Origin: Aureliella sp.
GTDB lineage: Bacteria; Planctomycetota; Planctomycetia; Pirellulales; Pirellulaceae
Direction: 5' to 3'
NCBI GenBank assembly: GCA_963691875.1
Contig: OY829846.1
Coordinates: 1,152,001 to 1,216,000, forward strand
DNA: 64,000 nucleotides
Shown here: one piece after another, positions 10,048-19,415 of the stretch
Layout: every line of letters begins with the position of its first letter
Position numbering within the stretch: position 1 is the stretch's first letter
The notes under the pieces: model-generated
What the model saw: only the letters and a program-made list of their open reading frames with translations
What the model was told of the DNA's origin: nothing
Database searches by the model: none
Position numbers and translations under genes: made by a program

Positions 10048-12453
10048 ATGCCCTCCAGTGCCAGATTGCAGTTTCTACTTGGTTCAGTTCGCTACACATT
10101 CCCTCTTTTTCTATACGTCGCCATCTTGGCAACACCAGGTTGGGAGCTAGTTGGGGCGCAGGAGCCGGCTCGCCATTCGCAAGGAAAAGTGGAATATAGC
10201 CGCGATATTCTGCCCATCCTGTCGCAAAAGTGCTTTGTCTGTCACGGATTGGACGAGGAAGCGAGGCAAGCCGACTTAAGGCTCGATCAATTCGAGTTCG
10301 CGACTTCAGATGAGGCGACAGGCACTGCGTCCATCGTTCCTGGTAAGCCGTCGGACAGCGAACTTCTACGCCGCGTTAGCTCTTCAGATCCTGATTTGCG
10401 GATGCCACCTGAAGAGCATGGTGAATCCCTCACATCAGAGCAAGTAGCCACGCTGCGACAATGGATTTCTGAAGGGGCGGAATACCAATCGCATTGGGCT
10501 TTTGAAAAACCCACGAGCGCCGAACTCCCTCCGAATCTCCATGGTGACTCAAGTCATCCAGTAGATCGCTTCATTCATCGCCGCCTGACTCAATCGGAAC
10601 TAAGCCCCTCAACACGCGCGGATCACGCGGCTTTGCTTCGCAGGTTGAGCCTAGACCTGATTGGTTTGCCGCCCTCATTAGCAGAGCTGGACCGATTCCT
10701 CGCCGCCGCCAAAATCGACTTTGACTCTGCCTATGCGAGCGAAGTGGATCGATTGCTGAAGAGCCCGCACTATGGAGAGCGTTGGGGGAGGTGGTGGTTG
10801 GACCAAGCTCGCTACGCCGACAGCAACGGCTATTCGATCGACGGACCGCGCAAGATCTGGAAATACCGTGATTGGGTGATCGAAGCTTTTAACTCAGATC
10901 TTCCCTTCGACGAATTTACGATCCAGCAGCTCGCGGGCGATCTGCTGCCCAACGCAACGCAAAACAATCGTGTCGCGACAGGTTTTCACCGGAACACGCA
11001 GATTAACCAAGAAGGCGGTATCGATCGGGAGCAATTCCGAATCGACAGCGTTTTCGATCGCGTTGCGACGACTGGCACGGTCTGGATGGGGCTGACGATC
11101 GGTTGTGCACAGTGTCACGACCACAAGTTTGATCCTATCTCACAAGTTGAGTACTACCAGCTGTTCGCGTTCTTCAACAATCAAGACGAACTAAACTTGG
11201 AAGTTCACGCTGACTTGGCAAGTTTGCCCGCACGAAGAGAACTTGCAAAGAAGACTCAGAGTGAGTTGTCAGATTGGTTACAAACTAAACGTTCGAATCT
11301 GCAAGCCTGGCTAGCGGAGCTCGACGATTCGAAACGCGAGAAACTACCTGGTGATTTGAAGAAGTTGCTCGAGAAGGAAGGTGAAAAGTGGTCCTCTGGC
11401 GACTTAGAAAAACTGTTTGCCCAAGAGCTTGCTAAGAGTGTCCCTAGATTTCGAGAGTTGACTAAGGCACGCGACGCTGCCAAGGCAGCGACGATCGGCG
11501 TGACAACGATGGTTCTGGCCGAACGCAAAACGCAGCGAACGAGCCATCTGTTGATCAAAGGCGATTTTACTCGTCCCGACCTTGAAGTCTCGCCAGCCAC
11601 TCCGAGCGTGTTGCACCCAATGATCGCACGTGGCGATGCACCTGATCGGCTGGATCTTGCGAATTGGATTGTCCATCCTGACAACCCTCTGACTTCACGC
11701 GTTATCGTGAATCGTGTTTGGCAAATTTACTTTGGTCGTGGCTTGGTCGAGACGGAGAACGACTTTGGGACGCTGGGCACTCAGGCGACACATCCAGAAC
11801 TTTTGGATTGGCTCGCGGTGAATTTCCAAAAAGGAGGCTGGCGTCTGAAAGAGCTTCACCGTCTTATCGTAACTTCGGACACTTATCAGCAGAGTTCCAA
11901 TGAGCGAGCGGACCTTCACAACAAAGACCCGAACAACTTGTTGCTTGGTCGCCAGACTCGGCTGCGGCTGGAAGCGGAGCTAATTCGTGATTTGAGTCTT
12001 TACGTGAGCGGTTTGCTAGCGCCGAAGATTGGCGGACCTCCTGTTTACCCTCCAATCCCGCCGGGCGTCATGAATCGTGGGCAAGTAAATCGATCTTGGA
12101 AAGCCAGTCAAGGAGATGACCGCTATCGCCGAGCGATTTACACTTTTGTGTATCGAGCTACGCCGCCACCGTCGCTAAATGTCTTCGATGCACCGGACGG
12201 ATTCAGTAGTTGCACGCGCAGGAGCCGCAGCAATACGCCGCTCCAGGCGTTGACGCTGCTAAATGATCAAGCGTTCTCAGAATTCGCGGCAGCACTTGAA
12301 AAGCGCATTGAATCCGAAGGGGTTGCCAAGGCTTTTAGGATTTGCACTGGGAGAGTTCCAGAGCAGCAAGAGCTTGAAGTGCTCGATAGCTTGGACACGA
12401 GTAGTGCCGCGCGCGTGCTTTTGAACCTGGATGAAACCGTAACGCGAAACTGA
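10048..12453 (+). CDS. Planctomycete cytochrome c + DUF1549 (PSCyt2) + DUF1553 (PSD1) protein
   Basis: CFVCH and CAQCHDHKFDP motifs, HWAF, LLRRLSLDLIGLPP, WLDQARYADSNG, NRVWQIYFGRGLV, TPLQALTLLN. Confidence 0.9.
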   Translation: MPSSARLQFLLGSVRYTFPLFLYVAILATPGWELVGAQEPARHSQGKVEYSRDILPILSQKCFVCHGLDEEARQADLRLDQFEFATSDEATGTASIVPGKPSDSELLRRVSSSDPDLRMPPEEHGESLTSEQVATLRQWISEGAEYQSHWAFEKPTSAELPPNLHGDSSHPVDRFIHRRLTQSELSPSTRADHAALLRRLSLDLIGLPPSLAELDRFLAAAKIDFDSAYASEVDRLLKSPHYGERWGRWWLDQARYADSNGYSIDGPRKIWKYRDWVIEAFNSDLPFDEFTIQQLAGDLLPNATQNNRVATGFHRNTQINQEGGIDREQFRIDSVFDRVATTGTVWMGLTIGCAQCHDHKFDPISQVEYYQLFAFFNNQDELNLEVHADLASLPARRELAKKTQSELSDWLQTKRSNLQAWLAELDDSKREKLPGDLKKLLEKEGEKWSSGDLEKLFAQELAKSVPRFRELTKARDAAKAATIGVTTMVLAERKTQRTSHLLIKGDFTRPDLEVSPATPSVLHPMIARGDAPDRLDLANWIVHPDNPLTSRVIVNRVWQIYFGRGLVETENDFGTLGTQATHPELLDWLAVNFQKGGWRLKELHRLIVTSDTYQQSSNERADLHNKDPNNLLLGRQTRLRLEAELIRDLSLYVSGLLAPKIGGPPVYPPIPPGVMNRGQVNRSWKASQGDDRYRRAIYTFVYRATPPPSLNVFDAPDGFSSCTRRSRSNTPLQALTLLNDQAFSEFAAALEKRIESEGVAKAFRICTGRVPEQQELEVLDSLDTSSAARVLLNLDETVTRN

Positions 12454-12556
12454 CAAACGCCATTCGAAGACCAGACCTTGTGGCTGGCTCCATACCACGA
12501 GACAAAGAGGATTCGCCTGCAGAGGCGAAGGCGACACGAAGAATAGAGTACCTGAC

Positions 12557-14017
12557 ATGACGCAACCCATTCTAACCCCTAGCCAGCAGCTACTGCGTGA
12601 GTCCACACGACGCCACTTCTTTTCCCGTTGCGGATTAGGTGTTGGAGCAATGGCGCTGGGAGACCTGATTGGGAATCGCGCGGCAATTGCAGATGATCCG
12701 GCAAACCCACTATCACCAAAGTCTCCGCATTTTCCCGCCAAAGCGAAGAACATAATTTACTTGTTCATGGCTGGTGGTCCATCGCAGCTTGAGATGTGGG
12801 ATCACAAGCCGAAACTCGCCGAGCTGAATGGAAAGCCAATTCCGCAAAGTTACATCGAAGGAAAGCGATTTGCCTTCATGAACAGCAGTCACCGGACGGA
12901 TCTGTTGGGGCCGAAGCGAAAATTCGAACAGCATGGCGAGAATGGTACCTGGGTCAGCGATTTGTTGCCTGAGACCGGGAAGATCGTCGATGAGTTGACC
13001 TTGCTGAAGACTTGTCAGACTGAACTCTTCAATCATGCTCCCGCGAAGCTATTCATGAATGCTGGCACAGGACAGTTCGGGCGGCCAAGTATGGGATCCT
13101 GGGTGACGTACGGACTCGGTAGCGAGTGCGATAACCTGCCGGGTTTTGTCGTTTTGCAGAGTGGCCCCCGAGGACCGCGGGGCGGCGGAGTGCTCTGGGG
13201 TAGCGGAATGTTGCCGACAAGCTACCAGGGCGTTGCACTTCGCAATCAAGGAGACCCGATTCTCAATCTTTCTTCACCTAAGGGTGTTGACTCAGCGAAG
13301 CAAAAACAAGTTGTCGATGCGGTAGCAAAGCTAAATCAGATGCGTCTAGACGCAACGGGCGATGCGGAGATCGCAACTCGAATCAATGCTTACGAGATGG
13401 CATTTCGTATGCAGACCAGTGCTCCGGAGCTGATGGATACGGCCCAGGAATCACAGGAGACACTTGATCTTTATGGTATTAGTGACGCAGGGGAATCGAG
13501 CTTTGCACGAAATTGCTTGCTGGCAAGAAGATTGGTCGAACGCGGAGTCCGTTTCATTCAGTTGTATCACACAAATTGGGACCATCATGGCGGGCCAAGT
13601 GAAAATTTGGAAAAACACTTGCCGGAGATCTGCGGTCAAATCGATAAGCCTTGTGCTGCTCTCGTGATGGACCTCAAACGACGAGGACTTCTCAACGACA
13701 CGATTGTGGTTTGGGGAGGCGAGTTTGGTCGTACTCCGATGGGAGAAGTCAGGCAGACCACCGGGCGCAATCATCACATCGATGCCTTTACGATGTGGTT
13801 TGCCGGAGGCGGCTTCCAGCCAGGATGCGTCTACGGACAGACTGATGAGCTGGGCTTTGGGCCGGTCGAGAATCCAACGCACGTTCGAGACATCCATGCG
13901 ACCCTATTGCACCAGCTTGGGCTCGACCACCAGCGACTATCCGTGCCATTTCAAGGTTTGGACGTTCGCCTCACGGGAGTGGAACGTGCCAATGTCCTTC
14001 ACGATGTCCTGAGCTAG
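12557..14017 (+). CDS. DUF1501 domain protein with a Tat signal
   Basis: TRRHFF twin-arginine motif, FMAGGPSQLE, LLARRLVERGVRF, WDHH, GEFGRTP. Confidence 0.9.
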   Translation: MTQPILTPSQQLLRESTRRHFFSRCGLGVGAMALGDLIGNRAAIADDPANPLSPKSPHFPAKAKNIIYLFMAGGPSQLEMWDHKPKLAELNGKPIPQSYIEGKRFAFMNSSHRTDLLGPKRKFEQHGENGTWVSDLLPETGKIVDELTLLKTCQTELFNHAPAKLFMNAGTGQFGRPSMGSWVTYGLGSECDNLPGFVVLQSGPRGPRGGGVLWGSGMLPTSYQGVALRNQGDPILNLSSPKGVDSAKQKQVVDAVAKLNQMRLDATGDAEIATRINAYEMAFRMQTSAPELMDTAQESQETLDLYGISDAGESSFARNCLLARRLVERGVRFIQLYHTNWDHHGGPSENLEKHLPEICGQIDKPCAALVMDLKRRGLLNDTIVVWGGEFGRTPMGEVRQTTGRNHHIDAFTMWFAGGGFQPGCVYGQTDELGFGPVENPTHVRDIHATLLHQLGLDHQRLSVPFQGLDVRLTGVERANVLHDVLS

Positions 14018-14045
14018 TCACATTCAATCTGCAGGTTCGCAAAAA

Positions 14046-14414
14046 GTGCTTTCGCATTGGGTCAAGAAATTCAAGAATGCTTTTAAAGGCATCTTCTACG
14101 GAGCGGTTGGAGAAACTAGCTTCTATTTTCACGTCGCGGCTGCATTAGCCGTCGTCGTAGCGGCTTGGCTCCTGAACTGTCCCACTGAGCGGTGGTGCAT
14201 ACTTTTGCTCTGCATTGCCCTCGTGATGTCCTTAGAATTGATCAATAGCTCCATTGAACACTTAGCAAAAGGATTGTGCGAGGAGCAAAATCCGCAAGTT
14301 GGAAAAGCGTTAGACATTGCCAGCGGAGCGGTTTTGATCTCAAGCGTCTTTGCTGTGATAATCGCTGCAATCATTTTCATTCCGCTACTTCTGATGCTAT
14401 GGAGCCCAGCCTAG
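14046..14414 (+). CDS. dgkA: Prokaryotic diacylglycerol/undecaprenol kinase family protein
   Basis: FKNAFKGI, ELINSSIE and KALDIASGAVL motifs, with three TM helices. Confidence 0.85.
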   Translation: MLSHWVKKFKNAFKGIFYGAVGETSFYFHVAAALAVVVAAWLLNCPTERWCILLLCIALVMSLELINSSIEHLAKGLCEEQNPQVGKALDIASGAVLISSVFAVIIAAIIFIPLLLMLWSPA

Positions 14415-15034
14415 GTGTCACGCAAGGCAAATTGTACTCGGCAGGTAGCCCAAACTTTACGACGTGCGGATTCTTCATTGCAAATCGCAGCACCGGCAGA
14501 TCCATCAGCATCACCAAGAATCGACTTCTGAAGTTTGTAAGGTCCTTCTTCGATCTTCAGGACGCCGCCCAGAGTTGAGCTCATTGCCCGAGCCAATTTT
14601 TCCGCTTTCAGCCTAGCGTCCTTGAAGGCATCCGCCAATGCCGCAGATTGAGCATCAACGTTTCCCGCGTACTCAGGAGACCTGGGCTGAACTCGCATGG
14701 AAACTTGGTCGCTGTCGAATATGACGGCGCTAAGATTGTCTAGCGCAGTCTTCAGCCGCTTCAGGTCGGTGACTCTCAGCAGAAGGCAGCGTTTACCCTC
14801 TTCCCGGGAGTTTTCTTGGCGGTACCAAGGCCGGTAAAAAACACGTCCGCCCGCGGCGATTTCATCCTCCGAGATTTCGCTTGTTTCAAGCTCCGTAAGC
14901 ACAGAATCCCAAGCCTCAGCCAAGCTATTGCCTTGAGATTCCGCAGAGGAGTCGAAGATCGTAATCTCCGCAACATAGCAGCGGGCCTTCTCGGAGGAGC
15001 TACCCTCACCACTAACTTCAATAAACCTGTCCAT
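14411..15034 (-). CDS. SIMPL (DUF541) domain protein
   Basis: IEVSGEG start, ALADAFKDARLKAEKLA, LGGVLKIEE, terminal VQFAL. The stop codon overlaps the dgkA stop (shared CTAG). Confidence 0.75.
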   Translation of the reverse strand: MDRFIEVSGEGSSSEKARCYVAEITIFDSSAESQGNSLAEAWDSVLTELETSEISEDEIAAGGRVFYRPWYRQENSREEGKRCLLLRVTDLKRLKTALDNLSAVIFDSDQVSMRVQPRSPEYAGNVDAQSAALADAFKDARLKAEKLARAMSSTLGGVLKIEEGPYKLQKSILGDADGSAGAAICNEESARRKVWATCRVQFALRDT

Positions 15035-15193
15035 ATTCGCTAACTCTGCGAGTGCGAGCCGACCATGATCCCAGAGCCTCAAGATTACCCCGAAGGCTAG
15101 GATTGAGGCAAGTAAATAGTATTTCGCTGTAAAATTGACGCGGTTATGCGCAGTCTAATACTTTCGTTCGCTGCAGGCGAACAGGAAAAAGCT

Positions 15194-16048
15194 TCAGGGC
15201 GCAGCGACGTTGATGGATGAGGGAGGTTGCTCAGCGAGCCGCTTGACAGAGTTGCGATAACGTTCACTGCGAATGAGGGTTTTGACACTCTTCAAGTCCG
15301 CAAAAGCTTGCTCTTTCAAATTGTCTTCCATGTAGAGACGCAAGAAAAAGTTTGGATCGCGATCCTCCGGACGAGCCCCATGTACGGTGACTTTGTCAAA
15401 TAGATCGTTATTCTTCTGAATCAGCATGGTCATATCGGCGACCTTCTTGTCAATTGCATCCGCAACCATTCGCTTGAAGTTGCCTTGATTCGCCAGATTG
15501 ATCGGAACATTAAAGGTCTTGATCGTCGCGACGGTTTTGCGGAGCAGTGCAGTGATCCTTGGATCCGCGTCGATCAAAACATGCTCCAGCTCATGAAGCA
15601 TTAAACTCGTTTCCCAAACATCCTCTTTCGCGTAACTACTTGGCAGAGAAATTTGGATGTCATGCTTTACGGCGATCTTGGTGAATGTAACACGAATCCG
15701 AGCGATAACTCCCTGGGCAGTTTGAACGCGTTGCACGTGAAGTTGGAAGCGATAATCGATGTTGATCTTGAACTGCGTCTGGCCGTCGTACTGCTGATCT
15801 GCTGGTCGCTGTCGATAGAACTGAATCTTGACATCGCCAAGCTTGAATAGCTCAGCAATGCCCTTCGGCGGCTTGGGCAGCTCGACTACTGCATTGTCGA
15901 GCGTTGCCGTTTGCCCGAAGGTTAAGGGCGACAGAGTGAACGAAAAAAGGAAAGGACACAGGCAGTAAAGCGGCAACAGCCTCAGCAAGCTGGATCGCTG
16001 GTTGCCGTCGTGTGTCAAACTATCGTTCCATGTCTGCAGAGAATGCAT
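15194..16048 (-). CDS. Exported hypothetical protein with an HExxH motif (possible DUF922-like zinc peptidase)
   Basis: Hydrophobic N-terminal segment and LMLHELEHVLI. The ATG directly follows the sulfatase stop (TAGATG). Confidence 0.55.
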   Translation of the reverse strand: MHSLQTWNDSLTHDGNQRSSLLRLLPLYCLCPFLFSFTLSPLTFGQTATLDNAVVELPKPPKGIAELFKLGDVKIQFYRQRPADQQYDGQTQFKINIDYRFQLHVQRVQTAQGVIARIRVTFTKIAVKHDIQISLPSSYAKEDVWETSLMLHELEHVLIDADPRITALLRKTVATIKTFNVPINLANQGNFKRMVADAIDKKVADMTMLIQKNNDLFDKVTVHGARPEDRDPNFFLRLYMEDNLKEQAFADLKSVKTLIRSERYRNSVKRLAEQPPSSINVAAP

Positions 16049-17680
16049 CTACTTCTTCGGTTTGTTACCGCGAATCTTAGCTGAAGTCGGATTATCCTTC
16101 CCTCCCCCAAGCGATGCTGGAGGATCCTGCTCTGGAACTTTAAACTCTTCACGCAGTCGCTGCAGTTCGACCTTCAGTGCCGCTTGCACCTTTGCGACTT
16201 GTTGCGACCCGTAAATGCTCTGCATCTCAAGTGGATCTTGTTTCAAATCAAAGAGCTCCCACTCGTCAACGTCCCTCTCGTAGAAACGAATTAGCTTGTA
16301 GCGACCGTCGGTCACGCCGTAGTGTCGACGAACATCGTGCCAGCCAGGAAACTCGTAGTAGTGATAGTAAAAACTCTTTCGCCAATCAGCGGGAGTGTGT
16401 CCTTTGAGGACGGGAACAAGACTTCTACCTTGCATATCCGATGGAATCTCAGCCCCAGCAACGTCGAGAAAAGTCTCTGCAAAGTCCAGTGGCGAGACAA
16501 TATCTTGGTTGATCGTACCCGGCTTAGTGATGCCCGGCCATTTCACGAGCAACGGCGTTCGCAAGCTCTCTTCGTACATCCACCGTTTGTCGAACCAACC
16601 ATGTTCGCCTAGGTAGAAGCCCTGGTCAGAGCTGTAGACAACGATCGTATTTTTGTCCAAACCGCTCTCAGCCAAATAGTCGAGCATACGACCAACGTTA
16701 TCGTCAACAGATGCAACGCATCGCAAATAATCCTTGACGTAACGCTGATACTTCCAACGAACCAAGTCTTTGCCTTTCAATTTCGCCTCTCGGAAAGCCT
16801 TATTTTTCGGTTCGTAAGCCGCGTTCCACGTCTTCAATTGCTCCGGAGTTAGATTCCGTGGTGGAGTGAGCTTGAGGTCACTCTCCGTCATCGTCTTAGC
16901 GATCGACATGTCTTGTGTTTTCGCTGGGGTGCCACGTCCAGAATAGTCGTCAAATAGAGTTGGCGGCTCAGGCAGATCCACATCATCGTACATGTGCAGA
17001 TGCTTGGGACCAGGCTGCCAATTTCGATGCGGTGCCTTGTGCTGGTACATCAACATAAACGGCTTGCTTGTATCCCGCGTGGACTTGAGCCAGTCGAGAG
17101 CCAAATCCGTAATGATGTCCGTCGTGTATCCGACGTGCGAAGTTCGCTTGCCGTTCTTCAGCATTGGTGGATTGTAGTATGGTCCTTGTCCAATTAACAC
17201 TTCCGAATAATCGTAGCCTTGAGGCGGCATGTGTTCGCCAAGATGCCACTTACCTACAACGGCAGTTTGGTAGCCCACTCTTTGAAGCAGTTTCGGAAAC
17301 GTTTGCTGTTTGCCGTCAAACTGGTTTCCATTAACCAAGAAGCCGTTCAGGTGCGAATACTTGCCTGTTTGGATAACAGCTCGCACTGGCCCACAAATCG
17401 AATTCGGCACATAGCATCGCTGGAACAACATCCCTTCACGGGCGATGCGGTCGATGTTTGGTGTTTGATTCAGTGGCTTGCCCGTGCTGCCTTGATAAGC
17501 TGAAATGGACTGGTAGGCATGGTCGTCGGTGAAAATGAAAACGATGTTGGGCCGTTCTGCCGAGGTCTCGGAGTTTGCACCTTCATTCGCGCGGACCAAC
17601 GGCGAAACTGCGAAAACCAAGATAGCGATAAGGGGCGTTGTAGCGGGATGAATCGAGCAAAACATTGGCGTCTCATACAA
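16049..17680 (-). CDS. Formylglycine-dependent (S1) sulfatase, GlcNAc-6-sulfatase-like
   Basis: [16 protein letters not shown] (CxPxR), [35 protein letters not shown]. Start is at 17680 or 17665. Confidence 0.93.
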   Translation of the reverse strand: MYETPMFCSIHPATTPLIAILVFAVSPLVRANEGANSETSAERPNIVFIFTDDHAYQSISAYQGSTGKPLNQTPNIDRIAREGMLFQRCYVPNSICGPVRAVIQTGKYSHLNGFLVNGNQFDGKQQTFPKLLQRVGYQTAVVGKWHLGEHMPPQGYDYSEVLIGQGPYYNPPMLKNGKRTSHVGYTTDIITDLALDWLKSTRDTSKPFMLMYQHKAPHRNWQPGPKHLHMYDDVDLPEPPTLFDDYSGRGTPAKTQDMSIAKTMTESDLKLTPPRNLTPEQLKTWNAAYEPKNKAFREAKLKGKDLVRWKYQRYVKDYLRCVASVDDNVGRMLDYLAESGLDKNTIVVYSSDQGFYLGEHGWFDKRWMYEESLRTPLLVKWPGITKPGTINQDIVSPLDFAETFLDVAGAEIPSDMQGRSLVPVLKGHTPADWRKSFYYHYYEFPGWHDVRRHYGVTDGRYKLIRFYERDVDEWELFDLKQDPLEMQSIYGSQQVAKVQAALKVELQRLREEFKVPEQDPPASLGGGKDNPTSAKIRGNKPKK

Positions 17681-17970
17681 GTCTGGAGAAGAAGTAGAGG
17701 ACTGCGTTGACCTTTCATTCTATCTCAAACCTAGTGAACTTCGCCAGAAGTTCCGATCGCCATACAGAGTAAGTTACAGATTGATCCTGGGTAGTTCGTT
17801 CGCAAAACAACTTCCCCCCATTTCCCAGCGAGCCAAGAGCAGCGGGGAATCGAGGAATGCGAATAGGTTCAGAGCACTAGCTACGGGGAAGAAGTCTCTC
17901 CAGCTTGAGACTGTAATCTGCGCTGAGTCGGTTCCATAGCCATCTTTGGATTGTTGACAGACGTCTGCGG

Positions 17971-18875
17971 ATGGATATTGATACGCCTGCTCCGTCGGCT
18001 ACACGCTACAGATGGCCGGACGTAAATGCCCTCATGGGTTCTTCCGACCCGCCGGCATCGTATTCCTTATTGGCATTTCTGCAATTGCAGTACCTGATGG
18101 CTTTTCTGCGAGGCCTTTGGCATCGCACCTGGTCTCATCGGTATTCGAGTCTTGCTGCGACTGCCTGCTACCAGAAAAACAAACGCCGAATCGTCATATG
18201 CACCGAAGTGCCGGTGGTTAGTTTATGCCATTGGATACTCCACAAAAAAATAGCGAACGGTAGAGTTAAAAACTCGGAGGCAGACTCTCCCCGAAACTCG
18301 TAGTAGAGTCGAATGGGAAATGCTTCCTCCAATCCAAGCGGCACAGAACTGGCGAGCGTCCCAAATGGTTGGCCAACACGTCCCTCGGGAAGATCATTTG
18401 CTGACGCGTCACAGGACCTCGGCTGTTAACTAGGCGTTGGACCATTCGTGAATGCGATAGAACTTCAGCGAATCCAGGACCACTCGCGCGCGATTGCCAA
18501 CTCGAAGGATATCCGAGCCAGATTCACACATCCCGACTGACAGGTCGCGACTGAAGCTAAGCAACGACTCTAGTGGCCCCCTTCGTACGTTTGCGTACTT
18601 CACGGTGCGTTTCAATCACGACATGCTGGAGGGCGTGGATTACTTTGGTTTCTATGGCGAGCAACCGAGCAGAGCCTCGCACCAAGCAGACGGAACATGA
18701 CGTCGCTCCAGACAAAGCTTTTCGCTTGTTCGGCAACTACATCTTCGAAACCAATGCTGCCCTTGGAAACGGCTTAATCCGCTTTCTTGAGGACGGATTG
18801 GACCGCAATGAACTCAAAGCACTTTTCACACGCGATCGCTCCGACGGAGAAGCCCTCGGTGACCTTGTCAATTAG
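17971..18875 (+). pseudogene. Eroded coding remnants (one or two decayed genes)
   Basis: Protein-like segments switch frame and contain stops: PAGIVFLIGISAIAV / FCEAFGIAPGLIGIRVLL, then PLRTFAYFTVRFNHDMLEGVDYFGFYGE / FRLFGNYIFETNAALGNGLIRFLEDG. No family recognised. Confidence 0.35.
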
Positions 18876-19415
18876 TCTGATTAGAGCAGGTCCGCTCTAG
18901 CTGAAAAGACCGCTTCGCGGGGCCCAAAGGGCGTTTAGATTGGGAGGTCTTTTTCCTCATATTTCAAATTGTTTTAGATAAAACAACTTTCTTGAAGTTC
19001 TGAAACCCAGTTCTGTTTAAGCGACACCTAGCGTGATACACTTAATCGCTTTGGAGGGAATCCAAGGCATGGATTTGTGTGCGAATTTGCCGGTTTCGGC
19101 TCGATCATATTGATATTGCCAGCGTTTTCCTGTTAATGCCATTTTCGCGGGTTCTTTTAGCCCGACTCGCGTTGCACGCAAACCGCCACCGATACTTCGG
19201 TGAGCTATTGGCGGTGGGAACTAGAAAGAAGCGGAGAGGTGCTCTCGGCCTGAAGGTAGAGACTCATGTCATTTACCATGCCGGAACAATCCTTTAAGAA
19301 TATTGAAAGCTGGAGCGCCCAGTTTTCGCAAGCTTTGGGCTTAGCAACCAGGCCTCCCTACCAATAAAGGGATTGGTCATAAGTCTTTGTAAAAGTTCAT
19401 ATAGCGAGCACTCGA

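Noticed and set aside
18880..19400. Riboswitch or ncRNA suggested by several small hairpins upstream of the DUF1559 gene
   Set aside because: No family consensus was recognised; an Infernal/Rfam scan would be needed.
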